Part shown: piece after piece, positions 24,707-37,892 of the stretch | Layout: the number at the start of each line of letters is the position of its first letter | How positions within the stretch are numbered: position 1 is the stretch's first letter | Source of the DNA: Octopus bimaculoides | Taxonomy: Eukaryota | Direction of reading: 5' to 3' | DNA: 64,000 nucleotides | Assembly: GCF_001194135.2 (NCBI RefSeq) | Contig: NC_068984.1 | Span: 19,204,881 to 19,268,880 of the forward strand | Program-made: the position numbers and the translations under genes | Notes under the pieces: generated by a model | What the model was told of the DNA's origin: nothing | The model's database searches: none | What the model saw: the letters and a program-made list of their open reading frames with translations, nothing else

Positions 24707-24995
24707 AATGGCCCAGTGGTTAGGGCAGCGGACTCGCGGTCAGAGGATCGCGCTTTCGATTCCCAGACTGGGCGTTGTGTGTGTTTATTGAGTGAAAACA
24801 CCTAAAGTTCCATGAGGCTCCGGCAGGGGGTGGTGGCGATCCCTGTTGTACTCTTTCACCCCAACTTTCTCTCACTCTTTCTTCTTGTTTCTTGAGTAAT
24901 GCTGCGATGGACTGGCATCCCACCCAGCTGGGGGAACACATACGTCATAGAAACTGGGAAACCGGGCCCATGAGCCTGGATACGCTTTGAAAGGG
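24707..24995 (+). mobile_element. tRNA-derived SINE with the same head as 17886 but a different 3' module
   Basis: Near-identical to 17894-18066 over about 170 nt, then diverges into gatggactggcatccc..aaaccgggcccatgagcc. Confidence 0.8.
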
Positions 24996-25264
24996 CGCAT
25001 AAAATAAAAAAAATACACTCACAATAAGCAGAAGCTTACTGTGTGTGTGTGTGTGGGGGGGGGGAATATACATCTGCAAGACATTGAAGCTACAACAAAA
25101 AATGTTTGTCTAAGGTGCTTTACAGTGAAATTGAAACTGGAACCATGTAGTTACAAAGTGAATTTTTTAAACTATCCAGCTACTCCTTGACATTTAAAAA
25201 ATTAGACATTTCTCATTTGTAACTTTGGTACAAAATCAAAAATTTATTGTAGACAGGAAATGAG

Positions 25265-25480
25265 GTGAGCTGGCAGAAATGTTAGCATGCCGGGTGAAAT
25301 GCTTAGTGGTATTTCGTTGGTCTTTATGTCCTGAGTTCAAATTCCACTGAGGTCGATTTTGCCTTTCATCCTTTAGGGGTTGATAAATTAAGTACCAGTT
25401 GCATATTGGGGTTGGTCTAATCAACTGGCCCCCTCCCCAAAAATTTCGGGCCTTGTGCCTAGAGTACAAAAGGATATTCT
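25265..25480 (+). mobile_element. SINE with conserved central domain
   Basis: B-box-like gagttcaaattcc followed by gaggtcgattttgcctttcatcctttaggggttgataaattaagtaccag. Related pieces lie at 845-945 and 60945-61035. Confidence 0.6.
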
Positions 25481-27366
25481 TTAAGACAATAGTAGCATAA
25501 GTGAAGTGAATTAACTTCGTCTGGAACTTGTGTACTGCCACAGTTGGCTGAAGCTTACTAATTTCATTGAAATGTTGTCTACATTGAATAAACATATAAA
25601 TGATACATAATGCTAATCACTGCTTTCTTAAGTAAAGGCGCAAAACCTAGTGGTTAAGGTATTTAGCTCATAGTCATCAGATTTGGGGATCAATTCATGG
25701 ACAGAGCTAGATGTTCCACTGGCTCCAGAAGGGTATCTACATCTGTTTGTGACTACACAAGCATCTAAAACAAATAGCTAAAAATCATGTCACACACATT
25801 TCCAAGCCATATTCGCTCATGAGTGATGGCTGGCTGTGTTCTATTTTGCACTTTCTTGAGAAGATGATTGCTTTTATAACCTCTGTCTGTCATTCTCTCT
25901 CCTCCTCCTCCTCTTCCCTCTCACAGTATCTTTCTCATATATACAAATATTAACCTTTTTAATGCACCAGGCTATTCTAACATTTGCAACCAACTGGTGC
26001 ATTGTATTCACTTCCTATTTCATTAATAATAAATGATCTAAAAGGTTAATTACCATCTTCCTCTTCTTTGTAATTGTAACCAAATCACTCATATATTAAC
26101 CTCTCTATTTCCATATTTGCAGCAGTTGAACCGATTTGTGAAAGTTTTCTCTCTCCAGCTGTTTCTATTCTGATTTTCTTTGTTATGGCCAACTGTCTGA
26201 AACCAGCACCAGCTATCTTACTATCTTCCTCTTTACACAACTGCTGTTTAGTTCATCATCCACTTCTTGCTTTATATCACATATTTAATTAATTCTTATT
26301 GTTAATTCTGGTCAAATATTTATAGATTGATTCTTTTTTTTTTTTGTCTTCGTTATGAATTAATATCTAATCTAAGAGAAGACATTATTCACTTATAATA
26401 TTTATGGAAATCATTTAAAATCTCTTAAACATATATACATATTAATATTCTATAAATCATATCTGGGAATAGAGATAATCTTTATAGCAAAGAATTTATC
26501 ATAAGATGTGCTAATATATAAAAATAACAAACTGATTCATAATTTATAAGTAATAGACAAGAGGACAGTCAGGAATAAACATATAAAACTGACAAAAAAA
26601 AAACAATCAAAAAGCAACAAAAAAAAACCCCATTACCGACGAAATAAATTTTCTTAGGAAAATGTTTCTTTTCTTTGTGCATTCAAGAATTATTGTATTT
26701 TGAAGAACATCTAACAAAAATAAATTGTTTTATCTAATTTCATTGGAAGAAAAACATATTATTTATTTAGGCAACATGTGGATTTATCTTTTTAACAATG
26801 TCTTTTATCTTATACTTGTTTCAGCTACCGCAAACATGCTGGAGTATGACCTCGAAGGGTTTAGTCAAATAAATCAAGTCCAGCACTTATTTCTTCAAAG
26901 TTTAGTACTTATTCTATTGGTCTCTTTTGCCAAACTGCTAAGTTATTGAGGTGTAAACAAGCCAATGCTAGTTATCATGCTGTCATAGGGGACGAAAAAA
27001 CAAAGATACTTACAAACACACACATGAACAGACACACATACACACACGCACATGTGCATACCTACACACACACACACCCACATGACAGGCTTCCTCAGTT
27101 TCCATCTACCAAACTCACATGGCACTGGTTGGCCTGGGGCTATAATAGAAGACACTTGACCAAAGTGTTACAAAGTGGAAATGTATCTGAAACCATGTGG
27201 ATGCAAAGTGAACTTCTTAACTACACAGCCAGGCCTGCGCACCTCAGAACTGCTACCAACATACAAAAACTGATTTTCAACTGTCATATCAAATGTCCAC
27301 ACTAAATGTGGAGAGAAAGTAAACAAAATCTCTGAGTAACATACTAAAAGGTGGCAAAGCCCTTAC

Positions 27367-27529
27367 CTGATGGTGCTCTAGTTTTGCTTCTATCTCCTGA
27401 TGATCACACTTAGTAAATGTCAATGGAGGGAACAATTCATCTTCCATGTGCTTCAACCAGTTCTGTAGTTCCTTCATATTGATGTCTAACTGTTGCATAG
27501 CTAGCATAGTTTCTCGTAGCTTGTGCTTC
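27367..27529 (-). CDS. SYNE1: Nesprin-1-like exon
   Basis: Acceptor ttttatcag|G, donor CAG|GTAAGG, phase 2-0. Encodes KHKLRETMLAMQQLDINMKELQNWLKHMEDEL..EIEAKLEHHQ, which resembles vertebrate nesprin VKKLKETLVAVQQLDKNM (recall). Confidence 0.93.
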
Positions 27530-28029
27530 CTGATAAAAGAATAAAAATTAATAACCAATTTTAAAATCTTTTTTTCTTTCTAAATTTTCCACAAACTGAC
27601 AGTTTTGAAAATTCTTTAAAAGTAAATATTGTTTCCACTCATTCTCACCACATTCTGGCAAACTGAAACACGATTGTGCTGACCACTGTCGTATTTCATC
27701 ATCAGAGAACATCTTCTTTTAGACACTATTGTGAATACACATTGCCTAAAGGGAGGAAATAATCTCTGACAATGAAATACAACAATGATCAGCATATTCA
27801 TGTTTGAATCTGCCAGACTGTATGACAATAAATAGAAATGTTATTGCTTGGATTCCCACTGTTATCCATGCACCTCATAACTTAAAATAAATTTCTGTGA
27901 AATTTATATAGTCTTTACTACATGCTGCTTCAGTTGGAAAAAAAATTGTCTGACATTAACAGAAACTGAAATTTTTAAATGGCTTGCAAAGGACTCAGGG
28001 AAGTGAATTTGGGCAACAATACAATATAT

Positions 28030-28440
28030 CATCATTTAATGTTTATTGTCCATGCTGGCATGGGTTGGATGTTTGACTGGGCTGCCACGCTGGAAGGCTG
28101 TGTCAGGCTCCAGTCTGATTTGGCATGGTTTTCTATGGCTGGATGCCCTTCCTAACACCAACCATTCTGAGAGTGTAATGGATGCTTTTATGTGCCACTG
28201 GCACAGGTTCCATTTGTGTGACACCAGTATCTGCCATGACTGTGATTTTGCTCAGCTTGATGGGTCTTCTTCTCAAGTACGACATAATGACAAAGGTCTT
28301 GGTCATTGCTTCCGTGAGGCCCAACACTCGAAAGAAACTCGGCCACCTTGCCTCCATGAAGCCCATTACTCGAAGGGAACTCAACCACCTCGCCTCCATG
28401 AGGTCCAATACTTGAAAGGAAATCAGCCACTTTATGAGAT
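28030..28440 (-). mobile_element. RTE-derived non-autonomous element with three 42-bp repeats at its 5' end
   Basis: 3' portion matches the RTE tail family. Repeat units start at 28309, 28351 and 28393. Confidence 0.75.
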
Positions 28441-29073
28441 ACAATTAAAAATAATAGTTATCTCTAGCACAGGTACAAGACCAGCAATTTTGAAAGGACA
28501 GGGTTAGTCAATTATATCAATCCTGGTATTGTAGATCAGCTCAAATATATCTGGGATATGTTTGAACATCTTAAAGGCTTTTCACTGCTGTTTGCTGTGG
28601 AGAAGAAAATTCTTGTTTTAGACAAAAGTGTTAGAACACTGTAGCCAGCTCAGAATGCTCTGAGACATATTTGAACCTATAAAAGCTTTTTACTGCAGCA
28701 TGCTGTGGAGAAAAAATTCTCGTTTTAGGCAAAAAGGTTGAATTTTATTTTATTGAGCCCTGAAAGGATGGAAGGAAAATTTGTCCTCAACAGGATTTGA
28801 ATTTAAAGCATAAAGAGCTGGAAGAATTACTATTGTGCAGTGAAAGTATGCAATAAAAATAAGACAAGTGAATTACAATAATAACAACAACAATAATAAT
28901 AATCAATACAAAACACAATTCTGAACTCTTCCCCCTCCCCACACACACGATGCAAGTCACGCCAAAAATTTAAATGTGCAACTGGTGCTGCAATAGAAGC
29001 TCATATGAAGCTTGAAAAACATGATGATGATAATAATGATAATAATAATAATTAGCAACAACAACATACTCAC

Positions 29074-29240
29074 CTGTTGTTGATTACAGATTGCAAATGT
29101 TGCCATTTTTGATCAGCTTGCTGAATCCTGCAGTCAATGTCTGCTCTATGTCTCTCGCCACTCCTTTCTTTTAGAACCTGGCTCTCTGAGACTAATTCCT
29201 CTTTCTCAGCTTGTCTTTTTTGGAGTTCACTGTCATATTC
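29074..29240 (-). CDS. SYNE1: Nesprin-1-like exon
   Basis: Acceptor ttctatcttcag|GAA, donor AG|GTGAGT, phase 0-2. Encodes EYDSELQKRQAEK..ADQKWQHLQSVINN(R). Confidence 0.92.
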
Positions 29241-29859
29241 CTGAAGATAGAAAGTGCTTTTATATTTCTCAACAATCAACATTATTATTATTATTATTAT
29301 TATTGTATCTTTATTATTATTTTTTGTCTAGGCAGAGATAATGGTTTTGGGAGTTAGGTGACAATGTTTATGGTAGAGATGCTTGTAATAGTAAGAACAA
29401 TATCAACAACAGTGATAACAGTTTTGTATTACACAGGTATGAGTCTACAGAGATTTCTCCTCCTCACTGCCTGTCTCTTTTAGAACCAGCATAATGGGAT
29501 GTAGAAGCTAGCATTCGTGCTTTTCTAAAGTGAAATATGAACACGAGTAAATATATCCAGAAGTATAGAAAAGACTGAAGAAGTTCATACAGATGTTGTT
29601 CCTGTTGTTGTAACTGTTAATTAACAAGTGGTTGAGGTAGGAGCTGTAGTTCCTGTCTTCTGTATAGTTGTTGTTGTTGTTGTTTAACCCCAGGTCAACT
29701 CTGACTGAACAGACCTATAATGAAAGGCTTTCCAACTAGGGTTATCCATCCCATCTTATTTCCTAGGGCTCGATATTTCTAGGACTATAATATCTAAAAT
29801 GTCCTTCTTTTATCTTTGAAGACAGTAAAGTGTGATTTGAGACAGAATTTGGTTGTTAT

Positions 29860-30215
29860 GTCTAGTGCATCGAATAAATGTAGAGGCTTTGAGTGTTTTA
29901 GGGCTTAATGATTCTCAGACTGTAATATCCAGTGTTCTTTCTTTGTCTTTTAAAATGGAAGGGAGCGATTTGATACAGAATTTTGGCTGCTATGTCTTGT
30001 GTATCGAATAAATGTAGAGACTTTGAGTGTTTTAGGGCTTAATGTTTCTAGGACTGTAACATCCAGTGTCNNNNNNNNNNTTGTGTATCGAATAAATGTA
30101 GAGACTTTGAGTGTTTTAGGGCTTAATGTTTCTAGGACTGTAACATCCAGTGTCCTTTCTTTGTCTTTTAAAATGGAAGGGAGCGATTTGATACAGAATT
30201 TTGGCTGCTATGTCT
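29860..30215. repeat. About 133-bp tandem repeat spanning a 10-N gap
   Basis: Three copies of atcgaataaatgtagag..cagtgt; the two copies flanking the gap are identical. Confidence 0.85.
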
Positions 30216-31196
30216 ACTACTTTGAATAGCCATGTAGAGGCTCTGATTGTTTGACACAGAGTGAAAAGTTCTCAATATTTATGTAAGACAATCTTAAACA
30301 TTTGTTTAAGTGATTGCAAATTTACTTATTTAAAAAAAGAGTAAAGGAAATGCAAGACTGTTTAGTGTGGGTTTTAAAAAATTACTACTAGAAGTAGTAA
30401 AGTGATGGTAGATTCATCAGGACATAAACAACAGCTTTACTGATAAACTTAACTTATCCTTCAGTTGACCCATAAGTGAAAGTAACACACATACATAAAT
30501 AGGAAACTGACAGTGTGTGTGGGTGTACACTACTGTGTATATGTGTGTAATTATAGTTGTAACTCTGAATATATGTATATGTGTTCAGATATGTACTTCA
30601 GTAACAATTAAGAGAAACTGGAATTCAGGTGTGACTACACATACGTACATGCTACATGCGTGCATACATACACACATATATACATACATATACACATATA
30701 TCCATACACACATACATATATACATACATACACACATGCACACGCAAACACATACAAGCTAAAGTTTACTATAAAGCGGGTTAGCCCCACCCAATCTTTT
30801 GTATATGCATGTGTTTTTCAGTTAACACATCAGTAGCACACACAAATACATTCACACATTCACACACAGAGACAGAGTGAGAAAGTGAGGATAGTGAGCC
30901 ATGAAAGATACAAGGTTGTTTGGTTAGCTAAATAAAAAAAAGCAGCCAAATCTGCCTCAAATCACACTTAACCATCTTTAAAAGAAGGATACATATTGCA
31001 TCGTGACCAACATTATCCTATGCGTCCTATATTCTCCATCATTATTCTGAAATCAATATGAATGGTCATGGCCAGAATGCTTTGGATCATAGATCTACTC
31101 AATCAACAGTTAATCTTGGGTGGGTGGGTCTAACCAGCTGCACCAACTAACATACTGACATCCACAATATTTTATATTATACACAGATGCGCACGC

Positions 31197-31228
<32 letters not shown>

Positions 31229-33067
31229 GTGTGCACACATACACACACAAACAAACACATCCACTATAATGATTCCTTAAAAACACATAAATATAGCTTT
31301 ATACTTTGGCTCATAGCCAAACATTTGTTGATTGGTGGAATGCACTCGGTTACCAATACATTTTGTTTTTATTCTGGCCCCGGAGAGAAAAAATATAAAG
31401 GGGTGATTCTGATTGAATTTGAACTCAGATTGTAAAGGGATATAGCCAAATACTATAAGATGCTCCATCACTCTCCTCCTCCTGCCACTCATCTATCTTC
31501 TAAACATATAAGCATTATGCTTTTCAAGCAGGTGAATGGTACACACACACACACACACACATATATGTATGTATATTCACATACTCACACATATACATTC
31601 ACTCACATGCACATATTGTACTCAGACTCTTACCTCTATTTATAAAACATTATCTCTCCTATTCTGATACTCTCTCTAAGTCTCTCTCTCTCTGTTTCAA
31701 CACACACCTCTGCACTAAGCATTATATTACATAAGCCAGAGGTAGAGCCTCTAAGTGGTTGCTCAAATTGCTAGAAATACCAATGAAATTATCTTCAATC
31801 ACCCCTTACCATCTTAGAAAAGGAAAGACATTTTATATAATATAGTCCTAAATATACTAAAAAGGTATGATGGTCATGGCTAGAACTTATTTTTGATCAT
31901 AGGTTGGCTCATACGAGACTAACTTAGGGTTAAACAACTTTTCATTTCAGGCAAAATCATACTACGATACCTAACAGTACACATACACACACACACACGC
32001 ACATGCATATACACGCATACACACACACAAATACATAAGAATTGTGTATATGTGTATTGTTTTTATATACGATGCACAGTGAATATGAGTGAAATTATGT
32101 GTGTGTGTGTGTGTGTGTGTGTGGTAGAGAGTGAATGAGATAGAAAGAGAAATACACACACACACACACATACGCATACACATACACACACACACAGAGT
32201 AAGAGAGAGAGAGGGGGAGGAAGAAAGTGAGAGATAAGATTTTTTTTCCAGAAATTCATGTTTTTGGGATGGTGTTGAGTTAAATTAGAAAGAAACTTCA
32301 TTTATTTTTATAATAAAAATAACCTGACACAGATACACACACACACACATGCATCCATGCATGCAAACACACACATAAACACGCATTCACACAGGTAGAA
32401 ACATCCATGCATATAAACACATACATACATACCTACATACACACACAGAGACATATAATCACACAGCTGTGTGATCTAATTTCTTTTAATGAACCAAAAG
32501 TATGACATTCGAGAAATAATATAATATAAAATAATAAAAGAAATAACATAATAATATAAAAGATCTCAAAACTAACAAGAGTAACAACACACACACGCAC
32601 GCACGCACGCACGCGCGCACACACGCGCACGCGCGCGCACACACACACACACACACAGACACACACACACGCGCGAAGGCAGTGAACTGCAGAGAAAGAG
32701 AGAAGAGAAAATGAACAAGATAATTAGGTAGACACAGAGAAAGTGTGAGAACACTATACATGTATCACTTCCTCTCTCTCTCTCTCTCTCTCNNNNNNNN
32801 NNNNNNNNNNNNNNNNNNNNNNNNNNNNNNNNNNNNNNNNNNNNNNNNNNNNNNNNNNNNNNNNNNNNNNNNNNNNNNNNNNNNNNNNNNNNNNNNNNNN
32901 NNNNNNNNNNNNNNNNNNNNNNNNNNNNNNNNNNNNNNNNNNNNNNNNNNNNNNNNNNNNNNNNNNNNNNNNNNNNNNNNNNNNNNNNNNNNNNNNNNNN
33001 NNNNNNNNNNNNNNNNNNNNNNNNNNNNNNNNNNNNNNNNNNNNNNNNNNNNNNNNNNNNNNNNNNN

Positions 33068-33127
<60 letters not shown>

Positions 33128-33904
33128 TACATACATATATATATATATACACACATACATATAAGCATGCTATCAAATGCAGTACATACATACAGACATA
33201 TATATATATATATATATATATCAAGCTATCTGTCTTTCTACATATATACACATGTATATATCTGACTTGCTCCCTGTGTGTGTATGTATGTATATAATTG
33301 CATACACACACATGTATATGCATACACATTCATGCACACACTAATAAAGAAAGAGACAACAGGTAGATAGATATATAGATAGGCATGTATGTATGTCTGA
33401 ATGTATATATGTACTGTATTTGATGGCATATAAAGTGCACAAGCTTCCAAGACACACCTCAACAATTTTGGTAGACCATTCCTTAAAAAGTGAAAAACAA
33501 AAACACAACCTGTTTTGTGTGACATTCAATGCCTACCCTTCCATCTTGTCATTTTAAAGTTTGGTGTATTGAGATAATTATGAAATATTTTTATTTCCCA
33601 TTTAAAAATACCTTAGCTCTTTCATTATTATATTTCTAACTAAAATACACCCACTGTGTGTTTCAATTAAATTCCAAAATAATTGTCAATTTAGACTGCT
33701 GTCATAAAACAGCTGTAGTTTTTCTTTATATATTGATGTATTATCTAGTATTTCATATACTACACCACAAAAGGTTCTTATACACATCTATTGCAGAACT
33801 TATGTATCATAACTACATCTAATTGAAGGTAAGTACAGGTAATATCTGACATATGGTGTTATATAAATTTTGTTTGAATATAACCTTGTAAAATGAGTTC
33901 TTAA

Positions 33905-34126
33905 CCCTTTCAATACCAACCCAGCTAAAACTGCTTCTGGCTCTGTAGTACAAATGTCGTGTTTTCAAAAGTTCTGAATTAAAATCTTCCACCAAACCTT
34001 AGTCACAATTTATGTTCCTAACACTAGCTTAATGATAACTAAATTATTTTACTAAATTCTTAGTTATATCTAAAACTAATTGAAAGAAACACAGAGCATC
34101 TCAAAATAAATACGGTAAGGAAAGGG
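33905..34126. mobile_element. piggyBac-type MITE, 222 bp
   Basis: TTAA|ccctttcaatacc ... ggtaaggaaaggg|TTAA. Confidence 0.85.
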
Positions 34127-34589
34127 TTAACCAATATTATATTATAGTTATCATAATATATAGCTTAGTAAAATGATACTGGTAAACTGGTCTGTCACAA
34201 GATTACAGGCCCATTAAGCTGGAGTTCATCCCAGTTAGTTACTCATGCCGCAGCTGTTACTGGAACTCACTTTCAGCTGAATGGGCTGGAGCAATGTAAA
34301 ATGAAGTGTTCCAGTCAAGAACACAACATGCCACTCAGGCTCAGATTTGAAATCACAGACCTATGATCGTGAGTTCAACACTCTAACCACTTGGCCATAT
34401 ACTTTCACTTTAGTCTACTAAATGCCTATTATTTATGGCAAAAATGACCTAATTTCATTCAGCTTGTTCCTTTTTATTCTCTTTGATTACATTTTGTAAA
34501 TCAATTCATCTCCACTCTTATTATTTGGAACACTTGAATTGAAATCAATAGAAGTTTTGACCCTAAAAAGACGCACACACATCTACATA

Positions 34590-35180
34590 GTTCAGCTTTT
34601 GCAGAGATGATGGTCTGGCATTCTCAAGCAATATAAACATCTCCACCATTGATAAATTCAGGAAATAAACCTTATTGATATCTTCAAAGATTTGGACCTA
34701 AATATAGTTGTTACCATCAACTCAATGAAAGTCAACTTCTAGGATATGATCCAAGACCTCAAGTCAGGCAAATGTTACCCTATAGGAAACTTTAACTAAG
34801 AAACTGCTACATACTTAAGAAGTTCAAACACCACCCCAACTCTAATTAAACATTTAGTCATCAGTATCAACAGAAGAATCACTAATTTACTGGTAGACAG
34901 AAAAAAAAAACCTTCAACAGAACCACACCTCATTATAATGAAACACTAACTAGGAGTGGCTTCAGTGAGAAGTTAGTGTATCTGTAGGACCCTTCACCTA
35001 CACCCCAAACCTTCCATACAATGTAGATGTCTCTATAAACTCTATAAATATAGCTAAAAACTTTCTGTCCCAGATAAGACAGTACTATCCAAACACACAT
35101 AAGTTCCACATGTTTTTCTTAATAGGCCATACTGTTAAAGTTAGTTACTAATGCCTAGATAATAATGAGTCTAACATAGC
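34590..35180 (+). pseudogene. Decayed Penelope-like retroelement reverse transcriptase fragment
   Basis: Broken frames give RDDGLA (34603), FKDLDL..KVNF*DM..DLKSGKCYP and TVKVSY*CLDN, which follow the order of PLE RT/thumb/linker motifs (recall). Stops and frameshifts are present. Confidence 0.65.
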
Positions 35181-35880
35181 ATGTTACAACAGAGAAAAAA
35201 ATATGTACCCCCCTGATCAAACCTCACAAACTGTCTACCTGAACTGGGGATCCTGCATCTCAAAAGCCATGATTTACCTTCATATGTAATGGTAGGATTT
35301 ACCCTCATATCTAAAGGTATTAACAGATAATGATTTGAACATATGCCCTCCTTCAGGTGCATGAACTGAGAAAACTTTATTGACATGTTCTGGAGACCCA
35401 GGATCAAAGAAACAATTTCCTCAATATCAGAAAAATAACAAAGCTTTTAGTCACCTTGAGCTTGAAATTACCAGTTTTGCCTCTGTGAAAAACTGCATAT
35501 AATGCAACTGCCTGCTGCATCTCTTGATAAGGAAGACCAACCTATTTTATTGAAGACCAACCTCATTAATAAACTTCAAGCAACTGGCTGCTAATACTCT
35601 TTAATCATTTTAACTCTAGCTGGACCACATGATATTGCAGGGTAAACAACTCCAGCCTAACCATAGTAATATATATATATATATATATATATATANNNNN
35701 NNNNNNNNNNNNNNNNNNNNNNNNNNNNNNNNNNNNNNNNNNNNNNNNNNNNNNNNNNNNNNNCCTGTGAAAATATGTGACACTTATTCGGTAGCCATGA
35801 TAAAACTCGGAGTTTCGGATGCCAGGGTGGGAGCCCATGCCAACATCTCTTCAGTTATCCGGCCATTGAATATTTCTGTA

Positions 35881-35976
35881 TGTCAGCAGTAGTAGACTGC
35901 AGTGGTGGTCATCAGAAGAAGATATATATATATATCTTCTTCTGATGACCACCACTGCAGTCTACTACTGCTGACA
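35881..35976. repeat. Perfect 96-bp palindrome centred on (AT)7
   Basis: The 41-bp arms are exact reverse complements and the central (AT)7 is self-complementary. Confidence 0.95.
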
Positions 35977-36583
35977 CACAGGATGTTGTTTACACATTGA
36001 TAAATAATGTAATTCCAATGCATAGGTTACCTCATCACATGGAACAGCAAGCGCATGTTCCTTCTCAACCCCAAATTGATAAGCTGTCACTTTGTAGACC
36101 AACTGGAACAGCTAAACTGTCCCAGCCACCACATGGAACAACAAACAAAATTTTCTGTTGTTATTATATTGTCAATTTAGTCATGTGACTGGTAGTGACC
36201 TATAGAGGCTCCCAAGTATTCTCAATTAGAATCCAATTTAATTTCACTTCACACTGGCCCTTGATATCTAAAAGAGTTAGGCAGCGATCTATGTTTATGA
36301 AACATTATGCAATGTAGGGTTGAGTTAACCTTCTAATAAATAATTTTAACATGTGTTAAGTGCCATTTACTTTCCTTTGAACACTTACCCCTGTGTGTGT
36401 GTGTGTGTGTATCTGGGATTTCAAATTCTGTTCCATATTGCAACATACAGACACATTTTACAACCCTGAATTTTTTAACTAGTTAAATATTTATTGAACA
36501 TTTTACAGATAAATGGAAAATGTCAATTAAGTTGTGTTATATTTAAATACATATTTATATGTTTATGTGCGTGTGTGTGTGTG

Positions 36584-36635
<52 letters not shown>

Positions 36636-37746
36636 AATTTACATATATAAATATAAATATAAAAATATCAACATATTTAAGTATATATACTTATATTTAC
36701 ATATATATGTATATAAACATACAAATCTGAAATCATTTAACTATATAACTATATATATAAACATGCAAATATAAATATATTTAAATATATAAATTTAAAT
36801 ATGTTTAAATATATATATGAATATATATATATTCGCATGTATGTATGTGTGTGCATATAGATACACATGTGCAGAGAGAGAGAGAGAGAGAATGAAAGAA
36901 ATAATATTTACAGAAATTCATATTTTGGGGATGGTATCAAGTTAAAATTAGAAGCTTTTATTTTTGTAACAAAAATAACCACAAATACAGACATAAACAT
37001 ACATACACATGCATGTATGCACATAAAGATGCATGCAGACACATATGATATGAACGCACATGTATATACACACAGAGGCTGTATCATCTAATTTCTTTTA
37101 ATGAACCAAAAGTATGACAATCAACAAACAATAACATAAAAGATCTCAGAAGCAACAAGATTAACAACACACTACAAACTAAGGTGGAGAAGGAAAGAGA
37201 GAAGAGAGAATGAACAAGATAATTAAGCAGAAACAGAGAAAGTGTAAGAATGTTACACACACATACATATATGTATGAAACATATATATATATATATATA
37301 CATATATAACTAAGTATATACACACATGCAAATGCACACATACATATACACAACCATATATATTAACTGCTGAATGATAAGGGAACAGAAATGAAGTAAT
37401 CAACTTCATTAAATTACAGCAGTTTCTGCTGTAAGAAGCAGTGTATTAAGAGCTTAGTGCTTGTGCAACAGCCAAAAGCCTCTCTGGAGCCATTAAAATG
37501 AAGAGTATGTTTATTATTGTTTTTATTGTTTTATTTGTTTCAGTCATTTAACTGTGGCCATGCTGGAGCACTGGCTTTAGTTGAACAAATCAACCCAAGG
37601 ACTTATTCTTTGTAAGCATAGTACTTACTCTATTGGTTCTTTTTGCCGAACCACTAAGTTATGTGGACGTAAACACACCAACATCAGTTGTCAAGCGATG
37701 TTGGGGAGACAAACACAGACACACAAACATACACACACCATGGGAT

Positions 37747-37892
37747 TCTTTCAGTTTCCATCTACCAAATCCACTCACAAGGCTTTGGTCGGCCTGAGGC
37801 TATAGGCGAAGACACTTGCCCAAGGTGCCATACAGTGGGACTGAACTCAGAACTATGTGGTTGGGAAGCAAGCGTCTTACCACACAGCCACT
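37747..37892 (-). mobile_element. tRNA-derived SINE head, abundant family
   Basis: Minus strand reads ggctgtgtggtaagacgcttgcttcccaaccacatagttctgagttcagtcccactg. Similar copies are at 27085-27232, 39265-39420, 42060-42230 (+) and 52935-53081. Confidence 0.75.

Noticed and set aside
28309-28434. Regularly spaced repeats as a CRISPR-like array
   Set aside because: The units are contiguous tandem repeats without unique spacers, inside a retroelement of a eukaryotic intron.
29997-30155. Exact duplication on both sides of a 10-N gap
   Set aside because: This is typical of an unmerged contig overlap and is probably an assembly artefact rather than an extra repeat unit.
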